Source of the DNA: Elainellaceae cyanobacterium
Lineage (GTDB): Bacteria; Cyanobacteriota; Cyanobacteriia; CAZCXK01
DNA: 64,000 nucleotides
Reading direction: 5' to 3'
NCBI GenBank assembly: GCA_051117555.1
Contig: JBNPEG010000048.1
Location: 33,455-97,454 of the forward strand
Below, in pieces: positions 29,682-39,953 of the stretch (within the stretch, counting starts at the first letter, position 1; each line of letters begins with the position of its first letter). The translations under genes were made by a program, and so were the position numbers. The notes below the pieces were generated by a model that worked only from the letters and a program-made list of their open reading frames with translations, ran no database searches and was not told the origin of the DNA.

Positions 29682-30773
29682 TCAGACATTAAAGCGGAAC
29701 AGCATCACGTCTCCTTCTTGCACCACATATTCCTTGCCTTCACTGCGCACTAAGCCTTTATCTTTGGCGGCGTTCATTGAGCCAGAGTCGACCAAATCAC
29801 CATAGGCGACGGTTTCTGCACGAATAAAGCCGCGCTCAAAGTCGGTGTGGATGACGCCCGCAGCTTGGGGAGCCACCATGCCAGCATGAATCGTCCAGGC
29901 GCGAGTTTCTTTAGGCCCGGTGGTGAAATAGGTGCGCAGCCCTAACAAGTCATAGGTCGCATGAATCAGAGATTTTAACCCGCCTTCTTCCACGCCCAAT
30001 GATTCTAAAAAGTCTTTGCGCTCGTCTTCTGAGAGCTCAATCAGCTCGGCCTCGACTTGCGCTGAGACAATCACAACCTGAGCATTTTCATCAGCGGCGA
30101 TCGCCCTAACTTTCTCCACCCATTCATTACCCGTCGCCAAATCATCTTCTGACACATTCGCCGCATAAATAATCGGCTTCCGGGTCAGCAGCCCCAGAGG
30201 CTTAATCGCCAGTTCTTCCTCGTCACTTAGCTCAACTGTGCGCGCAGGCTTGCCCGAATCCAGTACGGGAAGCAATTTGTCGAGCGCATCGACTTCAGTC
30301 TGAATGTCTTTGTTGCTGCGCACCTGTTTGCGCGCCCGTTCAAGCCGTTTCTCAATCTGAGCATAATCGGCCAGCGCCAGCTCTAGGTTAATGACTTCAA
30401 TATCGCGCACCGGGTCAATCGACCCCGACACATGAATAATGTCGTCGTTTTCAAAGCAGCGCACGACATGAATAATCGCATCGACTTCTCGAATATTTGC
30501 CAAAAACTGATTGCCCAACCCTTCGCCTTTGCTGGCGCCTTGTACAAGCCCCGCAATATCGACAAACTCAACTCGTGCCGGAACAATCTCTGCTGACTCA
30601 GAAATCTTCGCCAACACACCAAGTCGCTCATCCGGCACGGCCACCACTCCCACGTTTGGCTCAATCGTGCAAAACGGAAAGTTTGCAGCGTTTGCTTTGG
30701 CATTGGCAACCACCGCATTAAACAAGGTAGATTTTCCGACGTTGGGAAGCCCAACAATTCCAGCTCTTAACAT
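29682..30773 (-). CDS. ychF: Redox-regulated ATPase YchF
   Basis: GIVGLPNVGKST, ANFPFCTIEPN, DIAGLV and TGS domain ending FRFNV. Confidence 0.98.
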   Translation of the reverse strand: MLRAGIVGLPNVGKSTLFNAVVANAKANAANFPFCTIEPNVGVVAVPDERLGVLAKISESAEIVPARVEFVDIAGLVQGASKGEGLGNQFLANIREVDAIIHVVRCFENDDIIHVSGSIDPVRDIEVINLELALADYAQIEKRLERARKQVRSNKDIQTEVDALDKLLPVLDSGKPARTVELSDEEELAIKPLGLLTRKPIIYAANVSEDDLATGNEWVEKVRAIAADENAQVVIVSAQVEAELIELSEDERKDFLESLGVEEGGLKSLIHATYDLLGLRTYFTTGPKETRAWTIHAGMVAPQAAGVIHTDFERGFIRAETVAYGDLVDSGSMNAAKDKGLVRSEGKEYVVQEGDVMLFRFNV

Positions 30774-30866
30774 GGCGATCGCTCTGGGTCACTTCACAAT
30801 CTATAAGTATAGAGGCTATATGTGAGAGGTTGGAATTGTTATGGCATGTCGGGCGATCGCATTAGT

Positions 30867-30976
30867 ACGTTGGCCGCTGTTTTAACATGTTCGCCGCTGT
30901 TTTGGCATGGTGAGGCATCGCATTAACACGTTGACCGCTGTTTTAGCATGTTGAGGCATCACATCGACACGTTGAG
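30867..30976. repeat. Degenerate 20/21-nt tandem repeat (A-A-B-A-B)
   Basis: ACGTTGGCCGCTGTTTTAAC / ATGTTCGCCGCTGTTTTGGC / ATGGTGAGGCATCGCATTAAC / ACGTTGACCGCTGTTTTAGC / ATGTTGAGGCATCACATCGAC. Confidence 0.75.
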
Positions 30977-31146
30977 AAGTGCAAAAGCGTTTTATTGTCC
31001 AATTTCCAATCGGGCGATCGCCTCGCAAAAGTACATCGCAATTCGGGTAATGCAGGATAGTCGTCACTATGGCGATCGACTTCAGTCAATAATCGCTTTT
31101 GCAAGAGAGAAGGTGGCGATCGCTAGAGGGTTTGAGCGGTGATTTT

Positions 31147-31287
31147 TTGCAAAAACAGTTGCTTGCCGGATGTCTCCTAGTTGTTATGTCAGGAATTGTG
31201 TCTTGCACAATGGCTCAGAGCGATCGCACGTCTTCCCAACTGGCTGAAGCAACCGTCAGTGATGCCACACCAACGCAGCAGACGTAG
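31147..31287 (+). pseudogene. Possible truncated lipoprotein
   Basis: Signal-like KQLLAGCLLVVMSGIVSC then a Ser/Thr/Ala linker and an early TAG, after which the frame stays linker-like. Confidence 0.35.
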
Positions 31288-31522
31288 CAAGACTCTGAGA
31301 AATCAACAACCGCTGACGCTGCTGGAAGTATTGGCGATCGCATAGATGATCAATGTTGTCACCCGTTAAGGGGGAAATCAAAAATGCCTACTTGTTCTGT
31401 GAATACAAGGTGATATAACGCCTGTACTCTGGTGAGTAATTTTTTGGGAAAACTACTAAAAAAAAGACTTTTCGATTGAGGCTATTTGGCGGTGCATTGA
31501 ACTATAGCAATTTGCGATCGCG

Positions 31523-32110
31523 TCAGTGCTGTTCAAGGCTGTTAAGTCCAGATTCATCCAGCGGCGAAGCGAGGAGACGATGACTGCTTGCTATCGAGAC
31601 TACCTCTAGCCCAGTCTCGGCAATTCGATAAAACACCACATGCCCCGACAAGCGAAACCCCCTCAACCCCAGGCGAATTTCGTCATAGCGTTTGCCTCGA
31701 CCTGGTGAAAGCACAAGTTGCCGACAGGTTTCATCAAAATCCCGAAAGAATCTTTCTCCACCATATATATCGGTAAACGCAAAATTGTCAGCGATTTCTT
31801 CGAGAGTGCGGCCTACCCATGAATTAATTCGATACAGGTTTTCGGGTTGACGAAGCGTACCCGCCTGAAACTTTTCTTCCAAAATTTGATAAATAAACCT
31901 CTCGCCATCGAGCAAGGGCATATCTTCTGTCCGAGTAATCGCAGCTTCGACTCTTTTATACATGGAGCCAAGCCACTGATCTTCAGCGCGTTCATAGTCA
32001 TCAAGCAGCCGCAGCGCAGTGTCGAGGGCTGCTTCGGCAGAGTGATATTTTCCAGCTCGCAGCTTAGCTTGAATAGATCTTTCTTGTTCAGGGGTCAGGT
32101 GAATACTCAT
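31523..32110 (-). CDS. ParD-like antitoxin / ParE(RelE)-like toxin fusion protein
   Basis: N-term MSIHLTPEQERSIQAKLRAGKYHSAEAALDTALRLL (ParD RHH-like); C-term LEEIADNF...PGRGKRYDEIRLGLRGF...HVVFYRI...LEVVSI (ParE-like). Confidence 0.8.
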   Translation of the reverse strand: MSIHLTPEQERSIQAKLRAGKYHSAEAALDTALRLLDDYERAEDQWLGSMYKRVEAAITRTEDMPLLDGERFIYQILEEKFQAGTLRQPENLYRINSWVGRTLEEIADNFAFTDIYGGERFFRDFDETCRQLVLSPGRGKRYDEIRLGLRGFRLSGHVVFYRIAETGLEVVSIASSHRLLASPLDESGLNSLEQH

Positions 32111-32503
32111 CGGGATCTTAAACCTCTCGCCACTGGCAGAATATAGTCTGCTAGTATCTCACATTTGCTTTCACCCCATCACCCCAAGCACGTGATGAAA
32201 TATGCGGCATAAGGTGACGCCCGCTGGCGATCGCCCAAGGCATGAATCAAAAATGCCCACGTTCAGAAATTCGCGTCTCACGCTAATTCTATGAATGAGT
32301 ACTAAATCTTGAGCGATCGCACCCGACACAGCATCCAACTTCCATGTACCTCGCCAAGGCCACATGCCATTAGCGTCGGGGGAAAAAATGAATCACTGAA
32401 TTAAACGCCTCTCAAATGTGGGAGAGGTGCATATGCAATGAACCCATGCATCTCAATCTTTACGTATCACCTAACTCACTGCGGACTTACTTAAATCTGT
32501 GAC

Positions 32504-32692
32504 TTAGCGACGCTTTTGATAACGATTCTGACGCTGTTTAATCAGCTTCTTGCGTTTGCGCTTTTCGAGCGGAGTTTCAAAAAAACGATTTTTCTTAAGG
32601 TCTGGAAAAATCCCAGCTCGTGATACCTCACGCTTAAATCGTCGAAGCGCGGATTCAATTCCTTCGTTTTCTCCGAGAATAACTTGAGCCAT
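32504..32692 (-). CDS. rpsU: 30S ribosomal protein S21
   Basis: [41 protein letters not shown]. Confidence 0.95.
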   Translation of the reverse strand: MAQVILGENEGIESALRRFKREVSRAGIFPDLKKNRFFETPLEKRKRKKLIKQRQNRYQKRR

Positions 32693-32849
32693 ACAGTTCC
32701 TTTTGATAAAAACATAAAAGGGGCGGCGCACTTGCCTATCCCCCAAGATCAACATCTCCGATGTTTGGATTACTCCTCTATCATACTAACTAACTTCAAA
32801 CGATCGCCACGAAACAAATCGTGAGCGATCGCTCAACGACTGCCAGTAA

Positions 32850-33101
32850 TTACCTTGGTTCGCGGGGACGAGCTTTGTTGACTTTCAGCTCGCGCCCCAT
32901 CCACTCAGCACCATTCAAATCTTCGATTGCAGCGGCTTCTTGATCATCCGACTCCATATCGACAAATGCAAAACCTCGTGGGCGACCCGTCTCTCGATCT
33001 GTGGGTAAGCTCACTCGACTGACCTTGCCATACTCCTGAAAAACTTGAATCAAGTCTTCCTGAGTTGCATCATAGGACAAATTTCCGACGTAAATAGACA
33101 C
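32850..33101 (-). CDS. RRM RNA-binding protein (Rbp family)
   Basis: RNP2 IYVGNL and RNP1 RGFAFV; GTG start; upstream of rpsU as in known cyanobacterial rbp-rpsU operons. Confidence 0.95.
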   Translation of the reverse strand: MSIYVGNLSYDATQEDLIQVFQEYGKVSRVSLPTDRETGRPRGFAFVDMESDDQEAAAIEDLNGAEWMGRELKVNKARPREPR

Positions 33102-33691
33102 TGGACACCACCTGGAAAAAAGATAACAGAGCGTTAGATTCAGAGACTTGCTCGACAACATATCGAGCAAACGCGCTCTATAAGAAACTAACGCATACAA
33201 CTTAGCACCTTTTGAAAGGTATATTTGAATGTTCTATTGCAAAATTCAAGGAATTACGATAAACATGACTCCGAGATATTAGGAAGACTGATTATTGAAT
33301 CACTGCTAACACACCCATAGAAATGCCGATAAAACATCTGTAGCGGGCACCCTGACGGGCATTTTAGAGGCTATAATCTTAACTCTAGCATAGCTAGATA
33401 GGCAATTAGGGGAAAGCTTAGGGTCTGTTCAAATGCAATGACTCGAATCATCAAACCATATGGATTAAAAGAGGTAGCTACGCCGATCCCGTTGAATTTG
33501 CTGCATTTGCTTATTTATCCACTCTCGGCAAATGTTGGTGAAACGAATTTCATCATTTATCAGGTTTGCAAATCATTATTTCCGCGATAAAAACCGTAGA
33601 TGTACAATTACGGCGGAATATTAAACCTTACAGAGTCCAAAGCAGCAGATCTGAATCCTTCTCCTGAATCCTTCTAACGGGCACGAGACAA

Positions 33692-34750
33692 ATGCTATTT
33701 CTATTTGTTGATCCCCTCTATGCTGGATTTGTGTTGCTTTGCTTTGGGGATGCTGCTAGCCCTACGCGTATGCCTCGTGTCAGTTCTCAAAACTGTGTTA
33801 CCCATCATGCAGCTCTTCCAGTGGGCGACGTCAATCATTCGGTTAGCAGCGTAGTTGCGACTGGCATTGCCTGGGCGGATCGGACGACTACAGGACAGGC
33901 CACCGTCAGGCTCGAATCTGCCAGTGATCCAGGGTTAGAAGAGTTTTACCCCAACTCCACGATATTCGGCGTTGACGCGATGGTGGGCGATCGCCCCGAA
34001 CGGCTTGTCATTGATACAGGCGCGTCCAATTCGGTGTTGGCTCAGCACGTCGCTCAGGACATGGAGTTATCAAGCACTCCTGTCTCGGGTCATCCAATGA
34101 ATTCATTCGTGGTGGGCGACCAATGCCCCGATCTCAGCTTAAATCTATACGAATTTCCAGCGATTAGCGTTGGCAGTGCGAGTGTGGGTGGTATATCAGG
34201 AATTGGGCTTCCCTTCAATACCAACCCGACTGGCACAGCAGGCGTATTAGGAATGGATTTCCTGAGCGAATTTGATGTGGTGCTTGATCCCCATGCCAAG
34301 CAACTCCAGCTATTACCCGCAACTGCTCTCAACCCAGACGCGATCCCGCTCATCGGGACAATAGGGCTCATGATAGGCGACGTAGTCGTAAATGGGCAGA
34401 CAGCCCGCTTTATGCTAGATACCGGCGCATCGCTAACCATCGTGTCAAGCCGCTTGGCTCAACAGTTGAATCTTGATCTCGACCCTGCTCAGCCCATTGA
34501 TTTGGTTGGGTTTTGCGGGACTGAAACAGGCCACTATCTTAAGATTGAACGGCTCTCAATGGGAAATGAGGATGCCCAAAATCTCGACATCATCGTTCTC
34601 GATCATCCAGTACTTGATGTATTGGAAGTAGACGGAATCTTAGGACAGAATTTTCTCAGTCGGTATCGTCAACACTGGCAGTTTGGCAGTCCCGATGAAT
34701 CTGGATTTCCCCAAGAGGGAAGCCTAGAAATCATTCCAGTGGAGGACTGA
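33692..34750 (+). CDS. Retropepsin-like aspartic protease with two domains
   Basis: LVIDTGAS...GVLGMDFL and FMLDTGAS...GILGQNFL. Confidence 0.88.
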   Translation: MLFLFVDPLYAGFVLLCFGDAASPTRMPRVSSQNCVTHHAALPVGDVNHSVSSVVATGIAWADRTTTGQATVRLESASDPGLEEFYPNSTIFGVDAMVGDRPERLVIDTGASNSVLAQHVAQDMELSSTPVSGHPMNSFVVGDQCPDLSLNLYEFPAISVGSASVGGISGIGLPFNTNPTGTAGVLGMDFLSEFDVVLDPHAKQLQLLPATALNPDAIPLIGTIGLMIGDVVVNGQTARFMLDTGASLTIVSSRLAQQLNLDLDPAQPIDLVGFCGTETGHYLKIERLSMGNEDAQNLDIIVLDHPVLDVLEVDGILGQNFLSRYRQHWQFGSPDESGFPQEGSLEIIPVED

Positions 34751-34950
34751 TTGCGACTGGAGTGATCCCCACAGGGATCATCGATCATCGGTTTCATGAC
34801 TATTCTCTTCGATGCGTCGATGGATATTGACCAGACTCGAAATCGGGACTGAAAGCCAGACAGCGATGATTAGAATCCATCCAAGCAGACCTAGCATAGA
34901 TTGTTCACCAAATCCATCTTTCTCAAGATGCCCAGATTTTTAGTGGGGGT

Positions 34951-36210
34951 CTAAGTCTGTGACGGAAACTGTTGAGGTTGAACCGTCACAGTCATCGAAC
35001 GGTCTTGACGTAGAATTTCCATCTCAAGTTTCCCGCCGATTCCAGCTTGTTTAACTTCATTCTTGATGGCTTCGGCATCATTAACCACTTGACTGTTAAT
35101 AGTTTGAACAACATCTCCTTCTTTGATTCCAGCTTTTGCAGCAGGTCCTCCGCTAGCGACGCCAATAACCAGGACCCCGCTATCTGCTTCAACACGCATG
35201 CTGGCTCCAGGAACATTATTGGCGCGCTGTTTGATTTGTGGCGTGAGGGCGACCATTTGTACCCCGATATACGGATGATCGACAGTTCCTCCAGCAATCA
35301 GTTGCTGAGCCACTTCTTTCGCAGTATTGATGGGCACAGCAAACCCCAGTCCTTGGGTGCCGCCGATGATAGCTGAGTTGACCCCGATGACTTCACCCCG
35401 CTGGTTGAGCAACGGACCTCCCGAATTTCCAGGATTAATGGCTGCGTCGGTTTGAATAAATCCCACATCTTTGTCTGGCACTCCGATCTGTTGGCTGAGT
35501 CGATGGGTTGCGCTGATCACGCCCACGGTGACAGTTTCCTGCAACCCCAATGGATTACCAATGGCGATCGCCCATTGCCCTTGCCTGACCTGATCTGAAT
35601 CTCCCAAAACGACGGTCGGCAGATCGCCTGCTTCCACCTGAATCACGGCAATATCGGTGACGGGGTCGGTTCCTAAGACTTTTCCATCCAGGACTCGCCC
35701 ATCTGCAAACGACACGCTCACACTATCTGCTTTGCTGACCACATGGGCATTAGTGACTACTTTGCCATCAGCACTAATGACAAACCCAGAACCAACGCCT
35801 TGCAGCATCCGTCTGTAGGGCGATTGTGCCGGCGGAGAGCCGAAAAAGGGTTGAAGGAAATCAGGCACGTTGCCCCCTAGCGAGCGAGATACATTAATTT
35901 GCACGACTGCTGATCCCGATTTGTCGATCGTGTCGGTGACAAAGTTAGAATCTGGCAATGGTGGAGCGGAGTCATCCAGACTCAATTGCGCAATTGAGAT
36001 AGATGGAGTGGATGGCACATCAGGCAACGCTGCGATCGCGGGTTTGGTAACCCCAAGCCAGGATGCCCCCATTAATAGTCCGATTACTACATAGTGAATA
36101 GAATATCGAGCACACTGAACACAGCAGCGGTGTAATCTTGCGCCTGACGCAATGCGAGCGATCGCCTTTAGAGAGATCACCCATGAATTTAAATAATGCC
36201 AAATAGTCAT
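34951..36210 (-). CDS. HtrA/HhoA/HhoB family serine endopeptidase with PDZ domain
   Basis: GSGF, TNAHVV, DIAV and GNSGGPL; one C-terminal PDZ domain. Confidence 0.95.
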   Translation of the reverse strand: MTIWHYLNSWVISLKAIARIASGARLHRCCVQCARYSIHYVVIGLLMGASWLGVTKPAIAALPDVPSTPSISIAQLSLDDSAPPLPDSNFVTDTIDKSGSAVVQINVSRSLGGNVPDFLQPFFGSPPAQSPYRRMLQGVGSGFVISADGKVVTNAHVVSKADSVSVSFADGRVLDGKVLGTDPVTDIAVIQVEAGDLPTVVLGDSDQVRQGQWAIAIGNPLGLQETVTVGVISATHRLSQQIGVPDKDVGFIQTDAAINPGNSGGPLLNQRGEVIGVNSAIIGGTQGLGFAVPINTAKEVAQQLIAGGTVDHPYIGVQMVALTPQIKQRANNVPGASMRVEADSGVLVIGVASGGPAAKAGIKEGDVVQTINSQVVNDAEAIKNEVKQAGIGGKLEMEILRQDRSMTVTVQPQQFPSQT

Positions 36211-36484
36211 ACCGCTTGAAAAAATCCACTAACAACCAAAGAACGGAGAGTAGCTCCACGGCCTTAGATTTGTGTATAGCTCCCCCATGGAGAGAGATTG
36301 TACACACGTTCGACGTTCTAACGCGAGATCGTAAGGCGATATGCCCATCGTCTTCATCTAGACCTGCACCGTCACGAAAGGAAAAATCTCTAGCTTCAAA
36401 TTGAACGCAGGCTATCCCCGTCCTTTTAAGGTATTAGACTGATCCCGACCGATGCATCTGGCGGTTGGAAGATTTGAGGCCCGT

Positions 36485-36510
36485 TTTACAAGCGATTTAG
36501 GATCGCTATA
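36485..36510. repeat. Solo end of the TATAGCGATCCTAAAT element family
   Basis: TTTACAAGCGATTTAGGATCGCTATA is nearly the reverse complement of 21553-21578. Confidence 0.7.
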
Positions 36511-36534
36511 TGGATGTTCCTTAGTGTAATTAAT

Positions 36535-36711
36535 TCACTTCGACATAAAGCCACGTTTAGCTTTCACAAGAGCATCCAGCTTTGACCAAGAAATTGAAAA
36601 CGGGCTTTGCATATATTTTTGAAGTAATTCATCAGATGGTTCCTGCGATGATTCTCTAGCAGCGACATCAAAATCATCTAGTAGCCATTCATCAGTCGTA
36701 TGATATAGCAT
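36535..36711 (-). CDS. Candidate 58-aa small protein (below ORF-track cutoff)
   Basis: MLYHTTDEWLLDDFDVAARESSQEPSDELLQKYMQSPFSISWSKLDALVKAKRGFMSK, with AAGGAGA just upstream of the ATG. Confidence 0.5.
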   Translation of the reverse strand: MLYHTTDEWLLDDFDVAARESSQEPSDELLQKYMQSPFSISWSKLDALVKAKRGFMSK

Positions 36712-36966
36712 CGGAAATTCTCCTTGACGAGAATGATAAGTAGTATAGACATTTCCGATTGATTCAAACTGTTAGAGCAGCACAATTTTGGGGTTTGGAG
36801 ATATTCCAGATAAAGATAGAAATGTCGGAACCCATGCTCTTGAGGTTTTCTATTTCTTGCGATCGCCAGTAGCAGCTCTATTCATCTCATCACCTCCCTG
36901 ATTGAATGAATGTGTCAATACTGTCGAAGAAATACGACGTTTACCATCCAAAATCGAGAATTGGTA

Positions 36967-38337
36967 TTAGGCACCAAATCCTGATTTCTGTCTACCCTTA
37001 CGTGCCTTTGCCTTACTTTTAGACTTGTTTTTATTAACGTTCAACAGCGCATCTTGAAATAGATTATTCAGGTGTATAGGAGCGCTAGCAATTTCGGGTA
37101 GTTCAGGTTCTAAGTGCTTTCCAAACGATTCTAATGTGGGGTCTAAATCGCTGGCCATAACAAAGTCCGGGCGATTTAGCACTCGACGCAATGCTGTTTC
37201 CAACTGAACCGGATAGTGCTGAGCAAGATGCCACCACACATGAGGATTAATGGCATCATTTTCTAAATAACGCTTTACAAGCGCATCTAGGGCTTCAGTG
37301 TCTTGATTGTCCACCGATTCGCCCGCTGATTCCAACAACGTTGTTAGTTGATGATAGTCGGTCAGGAAGCTTTGTCCCCATCGAGGGTGAACGATGACGG
37401 TGACGTCGGGTGCCCTTCGTAAAATGTCTGGCAGATCAACTTTAGGCATGACCATCTTGACCGACTTTTGGCTATTAAATAGCTGGTTAACCGTCGCATC
37501 GTCTGCGCCTAAATCTGCTGCGGTGTCTGTGACGTCCGTTTGAGACACCCCTGCCTCTTTGGCAATCTCACTGAGTGGTTTAGAGCTGTCGATGCCAGAA
37601 CTTTCTAACCGATGCTGAGCGACCTGATCTTGAAATTCTTTCAGTTTTTTGTCGAGCTGATGCCCTGGTAACGTCACTTCATTAGCATCAAAGAAGTCAA
37701 TAAATTCTTGATGATAGTCTTCTACCGATTGCCAAGATTCTTCTAAAAGCTCTGGTGCATCTCCGTAGAGATGCTTCTTAAATCGATTTTTGAAATTGCC
37801 GATCGCCACTGCAAGTTTAGGCTTGCCTAATTTTCCCAGCAATTGGATAGGACCTGACCATATCCAATCGTTGTCTGTGAGGGGTGAGATACGGGCTACA
37901 ACAATTTCGCTGGGACTCAATCGGGCTAGCTTAGCCTGATCTTGCAAACCGTTATGCCTGATTAAATATCGCTTCTCAGTCAGCCAGTTGACACACTCGA
38001 AGCCATCAGGCAAAGCGTCAATGACTTCGAATAGGCCATTGAAGCTACGATTCCACCCACCCAGTAGGTGGCGATCGCCCTCTGAAAGATCTTGATTACT
38101 ATCAAGAAATACATCAATGGGTGTCTGACCTTTGATATCTCCTTCAGTCAGAAACATATCAATCACTAAGGCGCTTTGACTGGCATCTTGATAATTGACG
38201 TTTGACCATTGCGTGAGCTGATCAGCACTAAATTTCTCCAGTGCGATCGCCACATCATCGTCAGCCTCTAACACAAAATCTAGAAGCTCTTGTTTTAGTT
38301 TCTTGGAGCTTACACAAATATCAATAGAATCATTCAT
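36967..38337 (-). CDS. Hypothetical protein (acidic body, Lys-rich C-terminal tail)
   Basis: 456-aa ORF with protein-like composition; LLGKLGKPKLAVAIGNFK; no function recognised. Confidence 0.8.
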   Translation of the reverse strand: MNDSIDICVSSKKLKQELLDFVLEADDDVAIALEKFSADQLTQWSNVNYQDASQSALVIDMFLTEGDIKGQTPIDVFLDSNQDLSEGDRHLLGGWNRSFNGLFEVIDALPDGFECVNWLTEKRYLIRHNGLQDQAKLARLSPSEIVVARISPLTDNDWIWSGPIQLLGKLGKPKLAVAIGNFKNRFKKHLYGDAPELLEESWQSVEDYHQEFIDFFDANEVTLPGHQLDKKLKEFQDQVAQHRLESSGIDSSKPLSEIAKEAGVSQTDVTDTAADLGADDATVNQLFNSQKSVKMVMPKVDLPDILRRAPDVTVIVHPRWGQSFLTDYHQLTTLLESAGESVDNQDTEALDALVKRYLENDAINPHVWWHLAQHYPVQLETALRRVLNRPDFVMASDLDPTLESFGKHLEPELPEIASAPIHLNNLFQDALLNVNKNKSKSKAKARKGRQKSGFGA

Positions 38338-38533
38338 TAGATCAGCTTCTGGTACAACTCATACATTTCTAAAAAATCGAGCTTGCAGTGTCCACTATTC
38401 AAGCAGATACTACAAGCTCATAACGTTAGAAATCCTACATTCCAAATTGTTTTGCGCAATAGACTTCGCCAATCAAGCTAAACTCAATAGAACATTGACT
38501 TCAGGATATTGATTTTGCAATCTATCACATGCA

Positions 38534-38806
38534 TTATGCAGCACTGCGACCCGCAACCTTATAGTAGATAAACAGTGCAATGATTGCACCGATGATTGCT
38601 AAGATAACGCCGCCAATGCTCAAGCCTGATGCCGTGAGCGCCAACGTGCCCGTGGTGATGAGATTGTAGAGGATACCTCCTACAAAGGCCCCAATGATGC
38701 CTAGCAACAGCGTACCTAAAATGCCACCGCCCTGATGTCCAGGATAAATGGCTTTGGCGATCGCTCCTGCAATTAGACCTAATACAATCCAAGCTAAGAT
38801 ATTCAT
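38534..38806 (-). CDS. GlsB/YeaQ/YmgE family stress membrane protein
   Basis: MNILAWIVLGLIAGAIAKAIYPG...LGIIGAFVGG. Confidence 0.93.
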   Translation of the reverse strand: MNILAWIVLGLIAGAIAKAIYPGHQGGGILGTLLLGIIGAFVGGILYNLITTGTLALTASGLSIGGVILAIIGAIIALFIYYKVAGRSAA

Positions 38807-39191
38807 CTAAATGCTCCCAAAATACAAGTTAAAAGGACATTTTATTCCTCGTTCTTAGTCAATCAGATTGGCCTGTTGTTTAGCGACATCCTAAAGAGGC
38901 ATTTTAGAGATAGTTAAAGTCGCTCTTAAGAGGTATTAATGTCGTGTTAACCGAACTTAAAGCCAATAAACTTTAAGAAGGATTTCAAAGAAATGTCATG
39001 CTATTTATGCTATTCCAATATGATTCTTAGCTTAGAAAAAAATCACGCTTTTTATAATATTTGCAATACGTCTAAAGATACATTTTTCTACTAATCATTT
39101 CGTTCTGTCTTGTGACAGATAGATTTTAGGAACCCCTACTGCTAATCTGAATATTGAGAAAGTACGCTTCAACACAACAAGGTGGAATATT

Positions 39192-39374
39192 ATGGGTTTA
39201 GAAGATAGAGCGGACGCTGTAAAGAAAAATATTGAGGGTAAGGTTCAGGAGGTGGCTGGAGAAGTCACCGGTGATCCAAAGGATCGCGTTGAGGGACAAG
39301 CTAAGCAGGCTGAAGCTGAAGCTCAGCATACTGTTGAGAATGTCAAAGACGAAGTTAAGAAAAAGATTGATTAA
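39192..39374 (+). CDS. CsbD family stress protein
   Basis: KNIEGKVQEVAGEVTGDPKDRVEGQAKQ. Confidence 0.93.
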   Translation: MGLEDRADAVKKNIEGKVQEVAGEVTGDPKDRVEGQAKQAEAEAQHTVENVKDEVKKKID

Positions 39375-39401
39375 TTAAAGCTGCATCTTTGCCTATTGAA
39401 A

Positions 39402-39431
39402 GGGGATTGGATTCACCGCAATTCAATCCCC
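39402..39431 (+). terminator. Hairpin after csbD-like gene
   Basis: GGGGATTGGATT...AATTCAATCCCC, 28 nt after the stop codon. Confidence 0.55.
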
Positions 39432-39517
39432 ACTGATATTTTTATGATTCTTCTGAAGCTTTATTTCTAAAGTGGTGTAGTCCAAGTATCAATAAACAGT
39501 ATTGCAGAGATGCTCTG

Positions 39518-39620
39518 ATACCAATTCTTCGAAGTAAGGCTACCCATGAACAGGCTAGAACCCTTGCAAGGCCGGTGGCCGTCAATCCAAAATCGCAAAT
39601 CCAAAATTGAGAATTGGTAT
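39518..39620. mobile_element. ~105-bp element with ATACCAATTC/GAATTGGTAT ends and AATCCAA-type heptamer repeats
   Basis: Homologous inverted copy at 43986-44093 and partial copy at 36946-36967. Confidence 0.7.
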
Positions 39621-39953
39621 GAGAGGTTTCTGCTAGTTGACTGACAGAACTTTTTATAGCGGCAATTGTAGACGCATAGCGTCTTCGTTAGAAGAAACAA
39701 CCGCCAGCCTCCGAAGCGTTTGTCAGTCAATCAGGAGGTCTATGTTGCCTGAGCGACTAAAATAATTTGATGGAGACGTTTTCCTGCAGAATGCTACGCG
39801 AACGCGCTGTATGTCGCTTGCGAAATATGGGTTCCAAGTCCTGCTAATTGCTTGAGTCCGTGGGAGTCTGCGAATGCGCACGTTTTCGGGCGTGGTTTAC
39901 CCTTCGAGACGCCACAACGCATCTAAAACCACTACACCTGTTTCAAAACACCC

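Noticed and set aside
30867..30976. Possible CRISPR array
   Set aside because: Units are contiguous, degenerate and only 20-21 nt, with no unique spacers; no cas genes in the window.
33692..34750. Retroelement origin for the retropepsin-like protease
   Set aside because: Two-domain aspartic proteases of this type are ordinary bacterial genes; no RT, integrase or LTR-like repeats nearby.
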